DNA of 24,000 nt, taken from contig CANMCX010000002.1 in NCBI GenBank assembly GCA_947496465.1, positions 400,137-424,136 of the forward strand. Direction: 5' to 3'. The notes beneath the pieces were generated by a model, which made no database searches, had not been told where the DNA came from, and saw only the letters and a program-made list of their open reading frames with translations. This document shows positions 1 to 8,745 of the stretch, one piece after another. A program made the translations under genes and the position numbers. Each line of letters starts with the position of its first letter. Within the stretch, counting starts at the first letter, position 1. The DNA comes from Marinifilum sediminis. GTDB taxonomy: Bacteria > Bacteroidota > Bacteroidia > Bacteroidales > Marinifilaceae.

Positions 1-2
1 TC

Positions 3-629
3 AAGGAAAATCTTTTAAATAATGTTTCTGACTTGTATTCTCTTCAAAAAGACAACATAACTCCATTGGAGAGAATGGGAGATAAATCAGCAGAAAGAAT
101 ATTAAATAGCCTTCAGAATTCTTTACAAATTCCTTACGAAAGAGTGTTGTATGCCTTAGGTATTAGATACGTTGGTGCTACGGTCGCAAAAAAATTGGCT
201 AAAGCAATTCCATCCATAGAACAATTGGCGTCCTCAAGCATCGAAGAATTAATTGAAGTTGATGAAATTGGAGGTAAAATTGCCGAAAGCATTGTAGAAT
301 ATTTCTCTGTAAATTCACATAAAGAATTAATTTCCAAGCTCAAAGAACATGGTCTTCAATTAGAAAGAATTGAGGAAGAAAAAGAAGGTGGAAGTAACAT
401 ACTTGAAGGATTATCAATTGTAATTTCAGGAAGCTTTTCCAAATACTCTCGAGATGAACTCAAAGCTTTAATTGAACTTCATGGCGGTAAAAACGTAGGC
501 TCTATTTCCAAAAAAACCAGCTTTTTACTTGCTGGAGAAAAGATTGGTCCGAGTAAATTAGCAAAAGTAGAAAAACTTGGTATCGACCTAAAAAATGAAG
601 ATCAATTTCTAGAATTGATTGGCTTGTAA
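3..629 (+). CDS. ligA: NAD-dependent DNA ligase LigA, C-terminal part (5' end lies upstream of the window)
   Basis: The frame is open from base 3 (KENLLNNVSDLYSLQKD...), so the listed start at 33 is an internal TTG. The translation shows the LigA helix-hairpin-helix region (ALGIRYVGATVAKKLA, EVDEIGGKIAESI) and a terminal BRCT domain (GLSIVISGSFSKYSRDELKALIELHGGKNVGSISKKTSFLLAGEKIGPSKLAKVEKLGI). Confidence 0.9.
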   Translation, partial: KENLLNNVSDLYSLQKDNITPLERMGDKSAERILNSLQNSLQIPYERVLYALGIRYVGATVAKKLAKAIPSIEQLASSSIEELIEVDEIGGKIAESIVEYFSVNSHKELISKLKEHGLQLERIEEEKEGGSNILEGLSIVISGSFSKYSRDELKALIELHGGKNVGSISKKTSFLLAGEKIGPSKLAKVEKLGIDLKNEDQFLELIGL

Positions 630-667
630 TTCATTTTTCATCATTCTTGATCCTTTAAAAATAGCAA

Positions 668-1255
668 ATGAATTTCACAGCAATAGATTTTGAAACAGCA
701 AATGGTAAACGCAATTCGGCTTGTTCTTTAGGATTGGTTCGTGTTACAAATGGAGTTATAGTCGATAGTAAAGAATGGTTAATTTCTCCACCTGAAATGT
801 ATTTTCATCCAATGAATGTTAGCATACATGGCATTACGGAAGATGATGTAGCCAACCAACCCAGTTTTAATTACATTTGGGACGAAGTAGAAGATTATAT
901 CCAAGGGAATATGGTAATTGCTCATAATGCTAGCTTTGATGTGTCGGTATTGAGAGCCTGTCTTGAAACTTATGGAATTCCACTGCCTGAATTTGATTAT
1001 ATGTGTACTGTTCAGATTGGTCGAAACATTTGGCCCAATATGCCAAACCATAAATTAAATACAATGGCACATCTTTTTGATATTCCATTAAAACATCATG
1101 ATGCTTTAGAAGATACTTTAGCTTGCGCAAAAATTGCCATAAAAGCTTGTGAGGTGATGAGTGTTTCGAATCTTAACGAATTGGCAAATAATATTAAAAT
1201 ATCACCAGGAAAAGTTTTTTCAGGAGGCTATAAAGCACCAAAAAAACTTAAATAA
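668..1255 (+). CDS. DEDDh-type 3'-5' exonuclease (DnaQ / Pol III epsilon-like domain protein)
   Basis: All three Exo motifs are present: AIDFETAN (D-x-E), IAHNASFDVSVL (D) and HHDALEDTLACAKI (H-x4-D). At 195 aa its size is typical of stand-alone epsilon-like exonucleases. Confidence 0.85.
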   Translation: MNFTAIDFETANGKRNSACSLGLVRVTNGVIVDSKEWLISPPEMYFHPMNVSIHGITEDDVANQPSFNYIWDEVEDYIQGNMVIAHNASFDVSVLRACLETYGIPLPEFDYMCTVQIGRNIWPNMPNHKLNTMAHLFDIPLKHHDALEDTLACAKIAIKACEVMSVSNLNELANNIKISPGKVFSGGYKAPKKLK

Positions 1256-1364
1256 GCTTAAATTGAATATCAAAAATGAAATTTTTCCTAACTTGTGATT
1301 TCAAACAGTCAAGCCCATTCAGCTAGTCATTTACTAGCCTGTAATTTAACTATAGAATATTGAA

Positions 1365-1904
1365 ATGAGTTTTTTCCAAAATCTAAAAAAACAACTTGCC
1401 GATCGTATAATTAATGGAAAGCAAAATAAAAATCCTAGAAAAAAGGAATTCCATAATCTGGAAAGTGCTAAAAACATTGGTATTATTTTCGACACTCAAA
1501 ATGATAAAAACCACTCAACGGTAAAAAAATTCTCTGAAAATTTAAGCCAGAAAGGGTATCGTGTAAAAACCATAGCCTGGGTTAATGCAGATGAATTACC
1601 TGATTATGGTGTGGGGCAAAAAATAATATTTTACACTAATAAAGATGTAAAATGGAATGGTGAACCAATAATTCCAGAATTATTGGAATTTGTTGATCAA
1701 AAATTTGATCTCTTGTTTGTCTTAACCGATGCAGATCATATTTCGGTTCAATACATTTCTAAACTATCACAAGCTTCTTGTAAAGTAGGTTCATTATCCG
1801 AGAATAACGAACATTTGGATTTAATGATTGATCAGAGTAAGAATAAAACACTCGAAAATTTAATTGAAGAAAGCTTAAACTACTTAACTCTAATAAAAAA
1901 ATAA
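1365..1904 (+). CDS. hypothetical protein (no recognisable motifs), probably co-transcribed with dapA
   Basis: 179-aa ORF with an ATG start. Its stop lies 4 nt before the dapA start, and no competing ORF exists on either strand. I recognise no family signature. Confidence 0.6.
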   Translation: MSFFQNLKKQLADRIINGKQNKNPRKKEFHNLESAKNIGIIFDTQNDKNHSTVKKFSENLSQKGYRVKTIAWVNADELPDYGVGQKIIFYTNKDVKWNGEPIIPELLEFVDQKFDLLFVLTDADHISVQYISKLSQASCKVGSLSENNEHLDLMIDQSKNKTLENLIEESLNYLTLIKK

Positions 1905-1908
1905 TAAA

Positions 1909-2796
1909 ATGACTATAAATCAATTTTCAGGTACAGGAATCGCAATAATTACACCCTTTAAAGATGACAAGAGTGTAGATTACAATGCACTTGAAAAACT
2001 TGTAAATTATCAAATTACCAATGGTGTGGATTATTTGGTTGTTATGGGAACAACCGGAGAAGCAGCTACCTTATCAAAAGCAGAAAAAAACGAAGTAATA
2101 AAGCATGTTTGCACAACAAATGCTAAACGCGTGCCAATTGTAGTTGGTTTTGGAGGCAATAACACTAGCGAAGTAGTTGAACAAATTAATGATTTCGACT
2201 CTTTTTCAGAAGTTGATGCTATTTTATCTGTTGCACCTTATTACAATAAGCCTAGTCAGGAAGGAATATTCCAACATTATAAATTTATTGCAGACAACAG
2301 TCCTGTTCCTGTAATTATATATAATGTTCCGGGAAGAACAAGTGTAAATATAAGCGCCGAAACTACTGTTCGAATTGCCAACGAAATTGAGAATGTTATT
2401 GCAGTTAAAGAAGCATCGGGTGACATGGAACAAATTATGCAGATATTAAAAAATAAGCCTGCCAATTTCATGGTAATTTCTGGAGACGATGCCTTGACAT
2501 TTCCTATGATACAGTTAGGAGCTTCAGGAGTAATTTCTGTAATTGGAAATGCTTTTCCAAAGGAATTTAGTTCAATGGTTAAAAATGCTATACGGGGTAA
2601 TAATAAAGACGCTCTTACCACACACTACCGATTACTCGATTTAATTCAAAATATTTTTACCGAAGGAAATCCTGCTGGAATCAAAGCCATTCTGCATCAA
2701 AAAGAACTTATCTCAAACGACTTAAGACTACCTCTTGTGCCTGTAAGTTCATCACATTACGAAAAATTAAAAATGCTATACAATAAAATGGCATAA
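1909..2796 (+). CDS. dapA: 4-hydroxy-tetrahydrodipicolinate synthase
   Basis: Full-length DapA-like translation with GTGIAIITPF, VVMGTTGEAATLS, IIYNVPGRTSVNIS and the active-site Lys context AVKEASGD. Length is 295 aa. Confidence 0.93.
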   Translation: MTINQFSGTGIAIITPFKDDKSVDYNALEKLVNYQITNGVDYLVVMGTTGEAATLSKAEKNEVIKHVCTTNAKRVPIVVGFGGNNTSEVVEQINDFDSFSEVDAILSVAPYYNKPSQEGIFQHYKFIADNSPVPVIIYNVPGRTSVNISAETTVRIANEIENVIAVKEASGDMEQIMQILKNKPANFMVISGDDALTFPMIQLGASGVISVIGNAFPKEFSSMVKNAIRGNNKDALTTHYRLLDLIQNIFTEGNPAGIKAILHQKELISNDLRLPLVPVSSSHYEKLKMLYNKMA

Positions 2797-2856
2797 ATAT
2801 TGTCCACAGATACAAGTGTTATTTTACACTTTATTTTTGAAATTAATAAACAAAAA

Positions 2857-3453
2857 ATGATTAAAAATATGAAGTATTCATTTCGCCTATTTGTTTTCGC
2901 ACTTGCTGTAATGAGTTTTGCATCTTGCTCACGACAAATAACCAGAGTTTCCCCTGATCAGCAAATTGATTTAAGTGGACGCTGGAACGACACTGACTCT
3001 AGATTAGCTGCTGAAGCATTAATCGATCAGGTATTAAATCAAGGTTGGATTGGCAATTTCAAAGAAGAATTCAATCGTAAACCAGTTGTAACAGTTGGTT
3101 TAGTAACTAACAAAAGTTCTGAACATATCGATTCTGACACTTATATTAAAGATATTGAAAAAGCGATATTAAATGATGGTCGTGTTAGATTGGTTCAAGC
3201 TGGAGCTAAGCGTGAAGAATTGCGCCAGGAAAGAGCAGATCAACAAGATTTTGCCTCAAAAGAAACCATTAAGAAATGGGGACGCGAACTTGGTGCTGAT
3301 TTTATCCTTCAAGGAGATATCACATCGATAATTGATAGCTACAAAAAAGAAAAAGTAAGATATTATCAGCTAAACCTTGAATTAACCAATCTTGAAACCA
3401 ACGAATTGGTTTGGTTAGGTGACAAAAAAATCAAGAAATACGTTAACAGATAA
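2857..3453 (+). CDS. LpoB-like (COG3417-type) outer-membrane lipoprotein
   Basis: The listed ORF starts at a TTG (2800). In-frame ATGs at 2857 and 2869 precede a lipoprotein signal (MKYSFRLFVFALAVMSFASC). The mature part resembles the LpoB/YcfM-type family as I recall it (SGRWNDTDSRLAAEALIDQ, VTVGLVTNKSSEHIDSDTYIKDIEKAILNDGRVRLV, ELGADFILQGDITSI). Confidence 0.65.
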   Translation: MIKNMKYSFRLFVFALAVMSFASCSRQITRVSPDQQIDLSGRWNDTDSRLAAEALIDQVLNQGWIGNFKEEFNRKPVVTVGLVTNKSSEHIDSDTYIKDIEKAILNDGRVRLVQAGAKREELRQERADQQDFASKETIKKWGRELGADFILQGDITSIIDSYKKEKVRYYQLNLELTNLETNELVWLGDKKIKKYVNR

Positions 3454-3506
3454 ATCCATATTAGGGAAGTCTGATGGCTTCCCTCCTTTCTCTTATCATT
3501 TACCAA

Positions 3507-4916
3507 ATGAACAAAAAGCTCTTCGCAAATAAGATCATTTTCTTGCTTGCAATTTTGTCAAGTATTCTATTTTCAAGTTGTGCTACATACTATGCTCAAA
3601 ATGAAGCGTTCAATCAGTATTTTCTTAATGGAGATATTGCGAATGCCGAAAAAACATTGGATGGTGATGCTAAAAATCAGCGTAAAAAGAATAAATCCTT
3701 ATATCTTTTAAATAAAGGTACACTAGCATGGATGCAACAAGATTACGAAAGAGCAACTGCTTATTTTAACGAAGCCGATTTATTTATTGAAGATCAGAGA
3801 AAAAACATCGCTAACGAAGCCCTAGCATTACTAACAAATCCTGCGACAAAACCATATGTTCCAGAAGATTTCGAAAATGTAATGCTTAACTTTTATAAGG
3901 CTTTAAGCTTTTTGGAAATGGGCAAAAGTCAGGAAGCTTTGGTCGAGTGTAGAAGAGTGAATGAAAAACTATATGCACTTAATGATAAGTATCCGAAAAA
4001 CTATAAAAACAGATATAGTGACGATGCATTTGCTCACACCATAATGGGCTTAATTTATGATTCTACTGGCGATTCAAATAATGCATTTATCGCTTACAGG
4101 AATGCATATAAAATTTACGAAGGTAATTACACCAAAAATTTTAACACACCCGCTCCTAGACAACTTAAAGATGATCTTCTGCGTACAGCATATCAAACTG
4201 GATTGAATCAGGAGTATGAATTTTACAAAAATAAATTTGGATTTGATTTTACTAAAAGAGAAAAAAATCAAGGTGATTTAATAATGATATGGATGACAGG
4301 ATTAGGACCTGTTAAAGACGAATGGAGTATTAATTTTAGTGCTCTCAATGGTCGCGATGGTTATTTAACACTTGTAAACGAAGGTGAAGGTGCTAACTTT
4401 CCTTTTTATGTAGGTGATATGGATAGCAGAACTCGAAATTCATTTAGCGATCTAGATTTTGTGAGAGTAGCCTTTCCTAAGTATCAGGAAAGAATGCCTT
4501 TTTACAATTCAGCTTCAATACAAGTAGATTCTGTTCATTACAATTTAGATAAAGCGCAAGACTTAAATGCTATTGCTTTTAAATCTCTAAAAGATAGAAT
4601 GCTTAGAGAAATGGCGAATTCATTACTCAGATTAGCTACTAAAAAAGCTTTGGAAAATTATGCTCGCAGCAAAGATGATAATATTGGTGCTATTATAGGA
4701 ATTTTTAATGCCGTTACAGAAAAAGCTGATACAAGAAACTGGCAAACCCTACCTCATTCTATTCACTACACGAGATTGCATTTAAAAGAAGGAGAAAACA
4801 ATATTAATTTAAAAGTGCAGTCTCCAAATGGAACATCAAATAATCAAAATTTGAAGTTTACGATAAAGGCAGGACAAACCAGCTTTTTTAGCTTTCACAG
4901 TATGGAATCAAATTAG
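3507..4916 (+). CDS. large lipoprotein with N-terminal TPR-like repeats, function unknown
   Basis: The in-frame ATG at 3507 gives MNKKLFANKIIFLLAILSSILFSSC, a signal peptide ending in Cys. TPR-like helices include YLLNKGTLAWMQQDYERATAYFNEA, FYKALSFLEMGKSQEALVECRRV and GLIYDSTGDSNNAFIAYRNAYKIY. It starts 54 nt after the LpoB-like gene, so the two are likely a pair. Confidence 0.6.
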   Translation: MNKKLFANKIIFLLAILSSILFSSCATYYAQNEAFNQYFLNGDIANAEKTLDGDAKNQRKKNKSLYLLNKGTLAWMQQDYERATAYFNEADLFIEDQRKNIANEALALLTNPATKPYVPEDFENVMLNFYKALSFLEMGKSQEALVECRRVNEKLYALNDKYPKNYKNRYSDDAFAHTIMGLIYDSTGDSNNAFIAYRNAYKIYEGNYTKNFNTPAPRQLKDDLLRTAYQTGLNQEYEFYKNKFGFDFTKREKNQGDLIMIWMTGLGPVKDEWSINFSALNGRDGYLTLVNEGEGANFPFYVGDMDSRTRNSFSDLDFVRVAFPKYQERMPFYNSASIQVDSVHYNLDKAQDLNAIAFKSLKDRMLREMANSLLRLATKKALENYARSKDDNIGAIIGIFNAVTEKADTRNWQTLPHSIHYTRLHLKEGENNINLKVQSPNGTSNNQNLKFTIKAGQTSFFSFHSMESN

Positions 4917-5462
4917 AACGCTGTTTTTTGATAATGTAAACCGTACCACGTCCTTATCAACATTAGCAATATATTCACAACTTAAGGTCAAATCCTCATT
5001 AAAAAATCGCTGACATCCCATAAACATCCCGATAGCCAAATCAACAAAAACCTTTTTTGACTCATAAGAAATTATAAAAGTACTGTCGTCAATTCTTTCT
5101 GCCTTAAAACCTTTCAATCCTTTATGCGGAAAACGTTCCTGCATTTTTACATGAATAAAATAATCTATTTGTTCTAAAAATTCGAACACATCACTATTCC
5201 CAGCAAATTCTGGTCGGTACAAAATTACCAGTCTACTAAATAAATATTCACCAAAATTTTTAGATAAATCTGATTTTGAAAGTCGCGTTTCCTCACTTAA
5301 TAATGTAACCAGCTCGTTGAATTGCTTGTAAGAATAATCTTGCATAGAATCATAAACTCCATTATTCCCTGCTCCCAAAAGAGAAACAACTTTCTCAACT
5401 GTTTCACATCCAAATTCACTTTCCGACATCTCTAAAATTTCTGTAAAAAAAATCCCTTTCAT
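4908..5462 (-). CDS. stand-alone H-NOX (heme NO/O2-binding, HNOB) domain protein
   Basis: The MKGIFFTEILEMSESEFG start is typical of H-NOX. His104 (DYFIHVKMQ) and Y133-E-S135-K-K137 align with H102 and Y131-x-S133-x-R135 of Thermoanaerobacter H-NOX as I recall it, with the same 29-residue His-to-Tyr spacing. At 184 aa it is a single domain. Confidence 0.75.
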   Translation of the reverse strand: MKGIFFTEILEMSESEFGCETVEKVVSLLGAGNNGVYDSMQDYSYKQFNELVTLLSEETRLSKSDLSKNFGEYLFSRLVILYRPEFAGNSDVFEFLEQIDYFIHVKMQERFPHKGLKGFKAERIDDSTFIISYESKKVFVDLAIGMFMGCQRFFNEDLTLSCEYIANVDKDVVRFTLSKNSVLI

Positions 5463-5532
5463 CTACTGTAAATTTTAAATGATTTTATCAAAGTAATAGT
5501 TTATAATAGTGCAACATTAAAAATTCCGACAT

Positions 5533-6717
5533 TTACAATTTTGTTTGGTTTAGCTGAGAATTTTTCAATTCTGCGAGTAATTTTTGCATGGCAAGATATT
5601 TCTGCTCATAATCCCAACGTCCCTTATCCTTATTGTGAGCAACCTCATAAAACTTAATCGCCATATCAGGTTTATTCGTTGTTTCATATATTTCTCCCAC
5701 ATAAAAATACGGCTCTGCCTTATGCGGATAATTATACACGGTATACTTTAAAAATAGTAAAGCTTCCTGATACTTTTTCTCCTGTTTAAGTTGCAAGCAA
5801 ACACTCTCTAATAAAGAATAAGGTAATTTCTCGTTTCTGCCATAATTTAGCATGATGTCTTTCTGATATTCTTTTGCTTTAGCCACACCACCCACAGCTA
5901 AATCATTAACATCCGGATATTTGTAATCCTTAAACAGATGCTCCATACCGTTCATTAAACTCTTTCGATACAAACTATAATGATTTTCATCGGGCATCCA
6001 ATCGCATTTCCAATTTAAATCCCCTGGCGAAGATGTTTCAAGTACTTTAGTTAGCTTCTTACATTCTTCGAGCATGTTCTTTGCCTCTTCGGCAAAACTT
6101 ACGAACAAATGTTTTCTAACTGTAGATTTACCATTTAAAAATTTTTCGGTATCCTTCACAACAGAATTTCCGTTCCACCATAAAATTGGACTAAACGCCA
6201 TATAACGATCAAATAAATCCGTTCCGTTAATAAAAGCATTGATTACGAACAGTCCACTATAATTATGACCCATAACCAATCTACGATTATTAGTTCTGTA
6301 ATTTTTGGAAACATACGGGAAAATATCCGTTTTAAGAACCTCTAAGAATGTGTTTGCTCCTCCTCTTGTTGGAAAAATAGTCTTATTCAATAAACTATCC
6401 ACAGGAGTCATATCCCGAAAACGATCTGTATTAGGAATTCCAACCACCACATGTGGAGGTATAAAATGATTGTCCATTAAAAAACTCAGGACTTCAATGC
6501 TAGTACTAAAATTTGTTTCTGCATCTAGCAGATAAATTACAGGATAAGAAAAATAAGTATTATCAAATTCGGTAGGTAGAAGAATCTGAAGTTCTCTATT
6601 CTCCTTTAGTATAGTAGAATATACACTGGTACTTCGTAAATTTTTAGGGTTTACCTCCGCCAATAAAATACCAATTGTAAAAAAAACAAATAAAGCAGTT
6701 AAAAGGCTTCGCTTCAT
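5533..6717 (-). CDS. secreted alpha/beta-hydrolase (putative-esterase / IroE-like family) with C-terminal TPR-like region
   Basis: N-terminal signal peptide (MKRSLLTALFVFFTIGILLA). Esterase-family blocks include YPVIYLLDAE, the nucleophile-elbow region VMGHNYSGLF and MPDENHYSLY. The C-terminal helices QEALLFLKYTVYNYPHKAEPYFYVGEIYETTNKPDMAIKFYEVA look TPR-like. Confidence 0.7.
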   Translation of the reverse strand: MKRSLLTALFVFFTIGILLAEVNPKNLRSTSVYSTILKENRELQILLPTEFDNTYFSYPVIYLLDAETNFSTSIEVLSFLMDNHFIPPHVVVGIPNTDRFRDMTPVDSLLNKTIFPTRGGANTFLEVLKTDIFPYVSKNYRTNNRRLVMGHNYSGLFVINAFINGTDLFDRYMAFSPILWWNGNSVVKDTEKFLNGKSTVRKHLFVSFAEEAKNMLEECKKLTKVLETSSPGDLNWKCDWMPDENHYSLYRKSLMNGMEHLFKDYKYPDVNDLAVGGVAKAKEYQKDIMLNYGRNEKLPYSLLESVCLQLKQEKKYQEALLFLKYTVYNYPHKAEPYFYVGEIYETTNKPDMAIKFYEVAHNKDKGRWDYEQKYLAMQKLLAELKNSQLNQTKL

Positions 6718-6825
6718 ATAATTCTTGGTTTAGGATTTAAAGTACTGTTAAAATACAATTATTTACAATAAAATCAAAAAAATCCTTTATTAGCAGGCGG
6801 TTAAACATTCTTATATTTCATGATA

Positions 6826-6863
6826 TTAAAAATAATAAAGCCGGATTAAATTAATATCCGGCT
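6826..6863 (-). terminator. intrinsic terminator downstream of the YceI-like gene
   Basis: Perfect 8-bp stem AGCCGGAT (6839-6846) / ATCCGGCT (6856-6863). On the minus strand it is followed by TATTATTTTTAAT. It lies 21 nt past the stop at 6884. Confidence 0.6.
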
Positions 6864-6883
6864 TAAAATACAATATGTAAGAT

Positions 6884-7483
6884 TTAACGTAAATACAAAT
6901 CAAGTGTTAATTCAAAATCGTCATATATGGTTTTATCTCCCAAATTATCGAAAAAGCTTCCAGAACCATAACGAATATTAAACTTACTTCTATCGATAAC
7001 TACTTTTCCACTAACATGAATATCTTCGCCATGTTTATGCAAATTCACAGTAAATTCAATTGGTTTTGTAATCTCTTTAATCGTGATATTTCCTTTCACT
7101 TTATAATTGCCCTCGCCCAAATACTTGCTTTCGACAATTTCAAATTTTGATTTTGGAAACTTTTCTATTCCAAAAAAATCATCCGATTTTAAATGACCTT
7201 CCAATTTCCCTCTGTAGCCTTCGTCTTTAATATCCGTACATTTAATCGAGTTCATATCTACTACAAAACTTCCTGATTTAAGATCATCTCCATTCAGTAT
7301 AATGCTTCCATCGGATATCATTATTGTTCCGGAATGTTCTCCAGTTACCTTTTTACCTAACCACTCCACTTTACTCTTTTGAGTGTCTACTTTATAGGTT
7401 CCATTTTTTGCATTAGCCATACCAACAAATAAAAAAATACCAGCCAACATTGCAATTCCGCTTTTTAAAACATTTCTTTTCAT
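6884..7483 (-). CDS. YceI-like periplasmic polyisoprenoid-binding protein
   Basis: Signal peptide (MLAGIFLFVGMANA) followed by the YceI signature pattern YKVDTQKSKVEWLGKKVTGEHSGT and a beta-barrel-like remainder (FEIVESKYLGEGNYKVKGNITIKEITKPIEF). Length is 199 aa. Confidence 0.88.
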   Translation of the reverse strand: MKRNVLKSGIAMLAGIFLFVGMANAKNGTYKVDTQKSKVEWLGKKVTGEHSGTIMISDGSIILNGDDLKSGSFVVDMNSIKCTDIKDEGYRGKLEGHLKSDDFFGIEKFPKSKFEIVESKYLGEGNYKVKGNITIKEITKPIEFTVNLHKHGEDIHVSGKVVIDRSKFNIRYGSGSFFDNLGDKTIYDDFELTLDLYLR

Positions 7484-7596
7484 AAGTTTTAAATTTTATA
7501 AATCGTTAAATATTAATTTCTTTCTTTAAATACTTACTTACAAAACTAGCTTTAGTTTGTATTTGGGTAAATGGACAATTCTCCGTTATTCTTGTA

Positions 7597-8475
7597 TTAT
7601 TTCCGAACCAGACTCCGAAAATCACTTAATGTTTGATTCGTATATTTTTTGAAAAAACGGCTAAAATAAGCCGGATCCTGAAATCCCAAATCATAAGCAA
7701 TCTCTTTGGTATGTAAATCCGATCCAAACAACATTTTCTTTGCTTCTTTTATCACTCTGCCACGAATCAATTCTCCTGCAGTAACTCCTGTTGTCTTCTT
7801 ACTAATCTCGTTTAAACAACTTGGATTTAAATTGAGCATATCCGCGTACGATGAGACATTCTTTTTATCACGATAATTTTCATCAATCAGTTGTTTAAAT
7901 TTAATGATAACAGATCCAGGATGCTCATCATTCAACGACTGATCCAAATCATGCTGATCTTCATAAATTCTTCTGGACTCCAACAAAAACATCTTCAACT
8001 GATGATAAAGCATATCATGACGATATTTACTCTCACCATTAAATTCACGCTCCATTAGTCCTGCAATACTTTGAAAAATTTGGACTTGCACTTCATCCAA
8101 ATGAATAATGGATTTGAAATCGGGATTGCTAAAAAGAGTAGAATCAGATACTGATCCCTCTCCATTTTCCTTAATTGAAAAAAAAGTTTCATCGAAAGTG
8201 ATTGTATATCCATTGCAATGCTCATTCATTATAAATCGATGCATCAATCCTGGTGGCACAAATAATATTGAATTTGCTCTTAGAGTGTAATCAACATATT
8301 TGGTAGAATGAATAGCCTCTCCTTCCTTAATCCAGGTTATTGTGTAATAATTATGCATGTGAGGAACATCGTTCTGCTTTCTTACCTCTTCGCACATATT
8401 TTGTATTTTATGAATGTGAAATAAGGCTTTCGATTCATCTTTTTCTTGAAATAGCTCTGCAGGATCTCTTTCCAT
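7597..8475 (-). CDS. AraC/XylS-family transcriptional regulator (cupin-like N-terminus plus dual HTH)
   Basis: C-terminal AraC HTH: VSSYADMLNLNPSCLNEISKKTTGVTAGELIRGRVIKEAKKMLF and IAYDLGFQDPAYFSRFFKKYTNQTLSDFR. The listed start at 8484 is a TTG. The ATG at 8475 (MERDPAELF) is the more likely start. Confidence 0.9.
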   Translation of the reverse strand: MERDPAELFQEKDESKALFHIHKIQNMCEEVRKQNDVPHMHNYYTITWIKEGEAIHSTKYVDYTLRANSILFVPPGLMHRFIMNEHCNGYTITFDETFFSIKENGEGSVSDSTLFSNPDFKSIIHLDEVQVQIFQSIAGLMEREFNGESKYRHDMLYHQLKMFLLESRRIYEDQHDLDQSLNDEHPGSVIIKFKQLIDENYRDKKNVSSYADMLNLNPSCLNEISKKTTGVTAGELIRGRVIKEAKKMLFGSDLHTKEIAYDLGFQDPAYFSRFFKKYTNQTLSDFRSLVRK

Positions 8476-8500
8476 TTTTATCAATTGGTTTTATTTAAAT

Positions 8501-8508
8501 CAAATTTA
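8501..8508 (-). promoter_or_regulatory. candidate Bacteroidota -7 promoter box (TAAATTTG) for the AraC gene, embedded in a perfect palindrome
   Basis: The minus strand reads TAAATTTG, matching TAnnTTTG, 25 nt upstream of the ATG at 8475. I found no clear -33 TTTG. It sits inside the 10+10 bp palindrome at 8491-8513. Confidence 0.35.
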
Positions 8509-8693
8509 AATAAAAAGCTACACTATACCTTAGCGAAGCTGTTAATCGATTGTTAAAATCGCTTTTTGTCCGGATTTCCTTACCAGGAATGAATTTTTAA
8601 AAAGATATCGCATTTTTTTGTTAATCTAATTTTCTACCAATAAAGACCTTAGCTTAAACCCCTCAAATTATTTACAAAAAAAACAAAAAAACA

Positions 8694-8726
8694 TTTGCAG
8701 TTCACACAGTAAAACCCCTATATTTG
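8694..8726 (+). promoter_or_regulatory. Bacteroidota-type sigma-A promoter for the tRNA-Arg unit
   Basis: TTTG (8694-8697), a 21-nt spacer, then TATATTTG (8719-8726). This matches the TTTG-N19-21-TAnnTTTG consensus and ends 19 nt before the tRNA 5' end. Confidence 0.55.
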
Positions 8727-8745
8727 CAGCGTCTTAAAGAGATAT

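Noticed and set aside
1300-1340. Small hairpin GCTAGT-CATTT-ACTAGC after the exonuclease gene, considered as a terminator
   Set aside because: The stem is only 6 bp and no T-tract follows, so support is insufficient.
2800-2856. N-terminal extension of the LpoB-like ORF from the TTG at 2800, and the analogous extension 3474-3506 of the next gene
   Set aside because: The extensions would place charged or odd residues ahead of otherwise canonical lipoprotein signal peptides. Internal ATGs at 2857/2869 and 3507 give proper signals.
5463-6717. Esterase-TPR protein as the functional output partner of the H-NOX sensor
   Set aside because: The esterase has a cleavable signal peptide, so it is exported, while H-NOX has none, so it is cytoplasmic. 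Direct partnership is therefore unlikely despite possible co-transcription.
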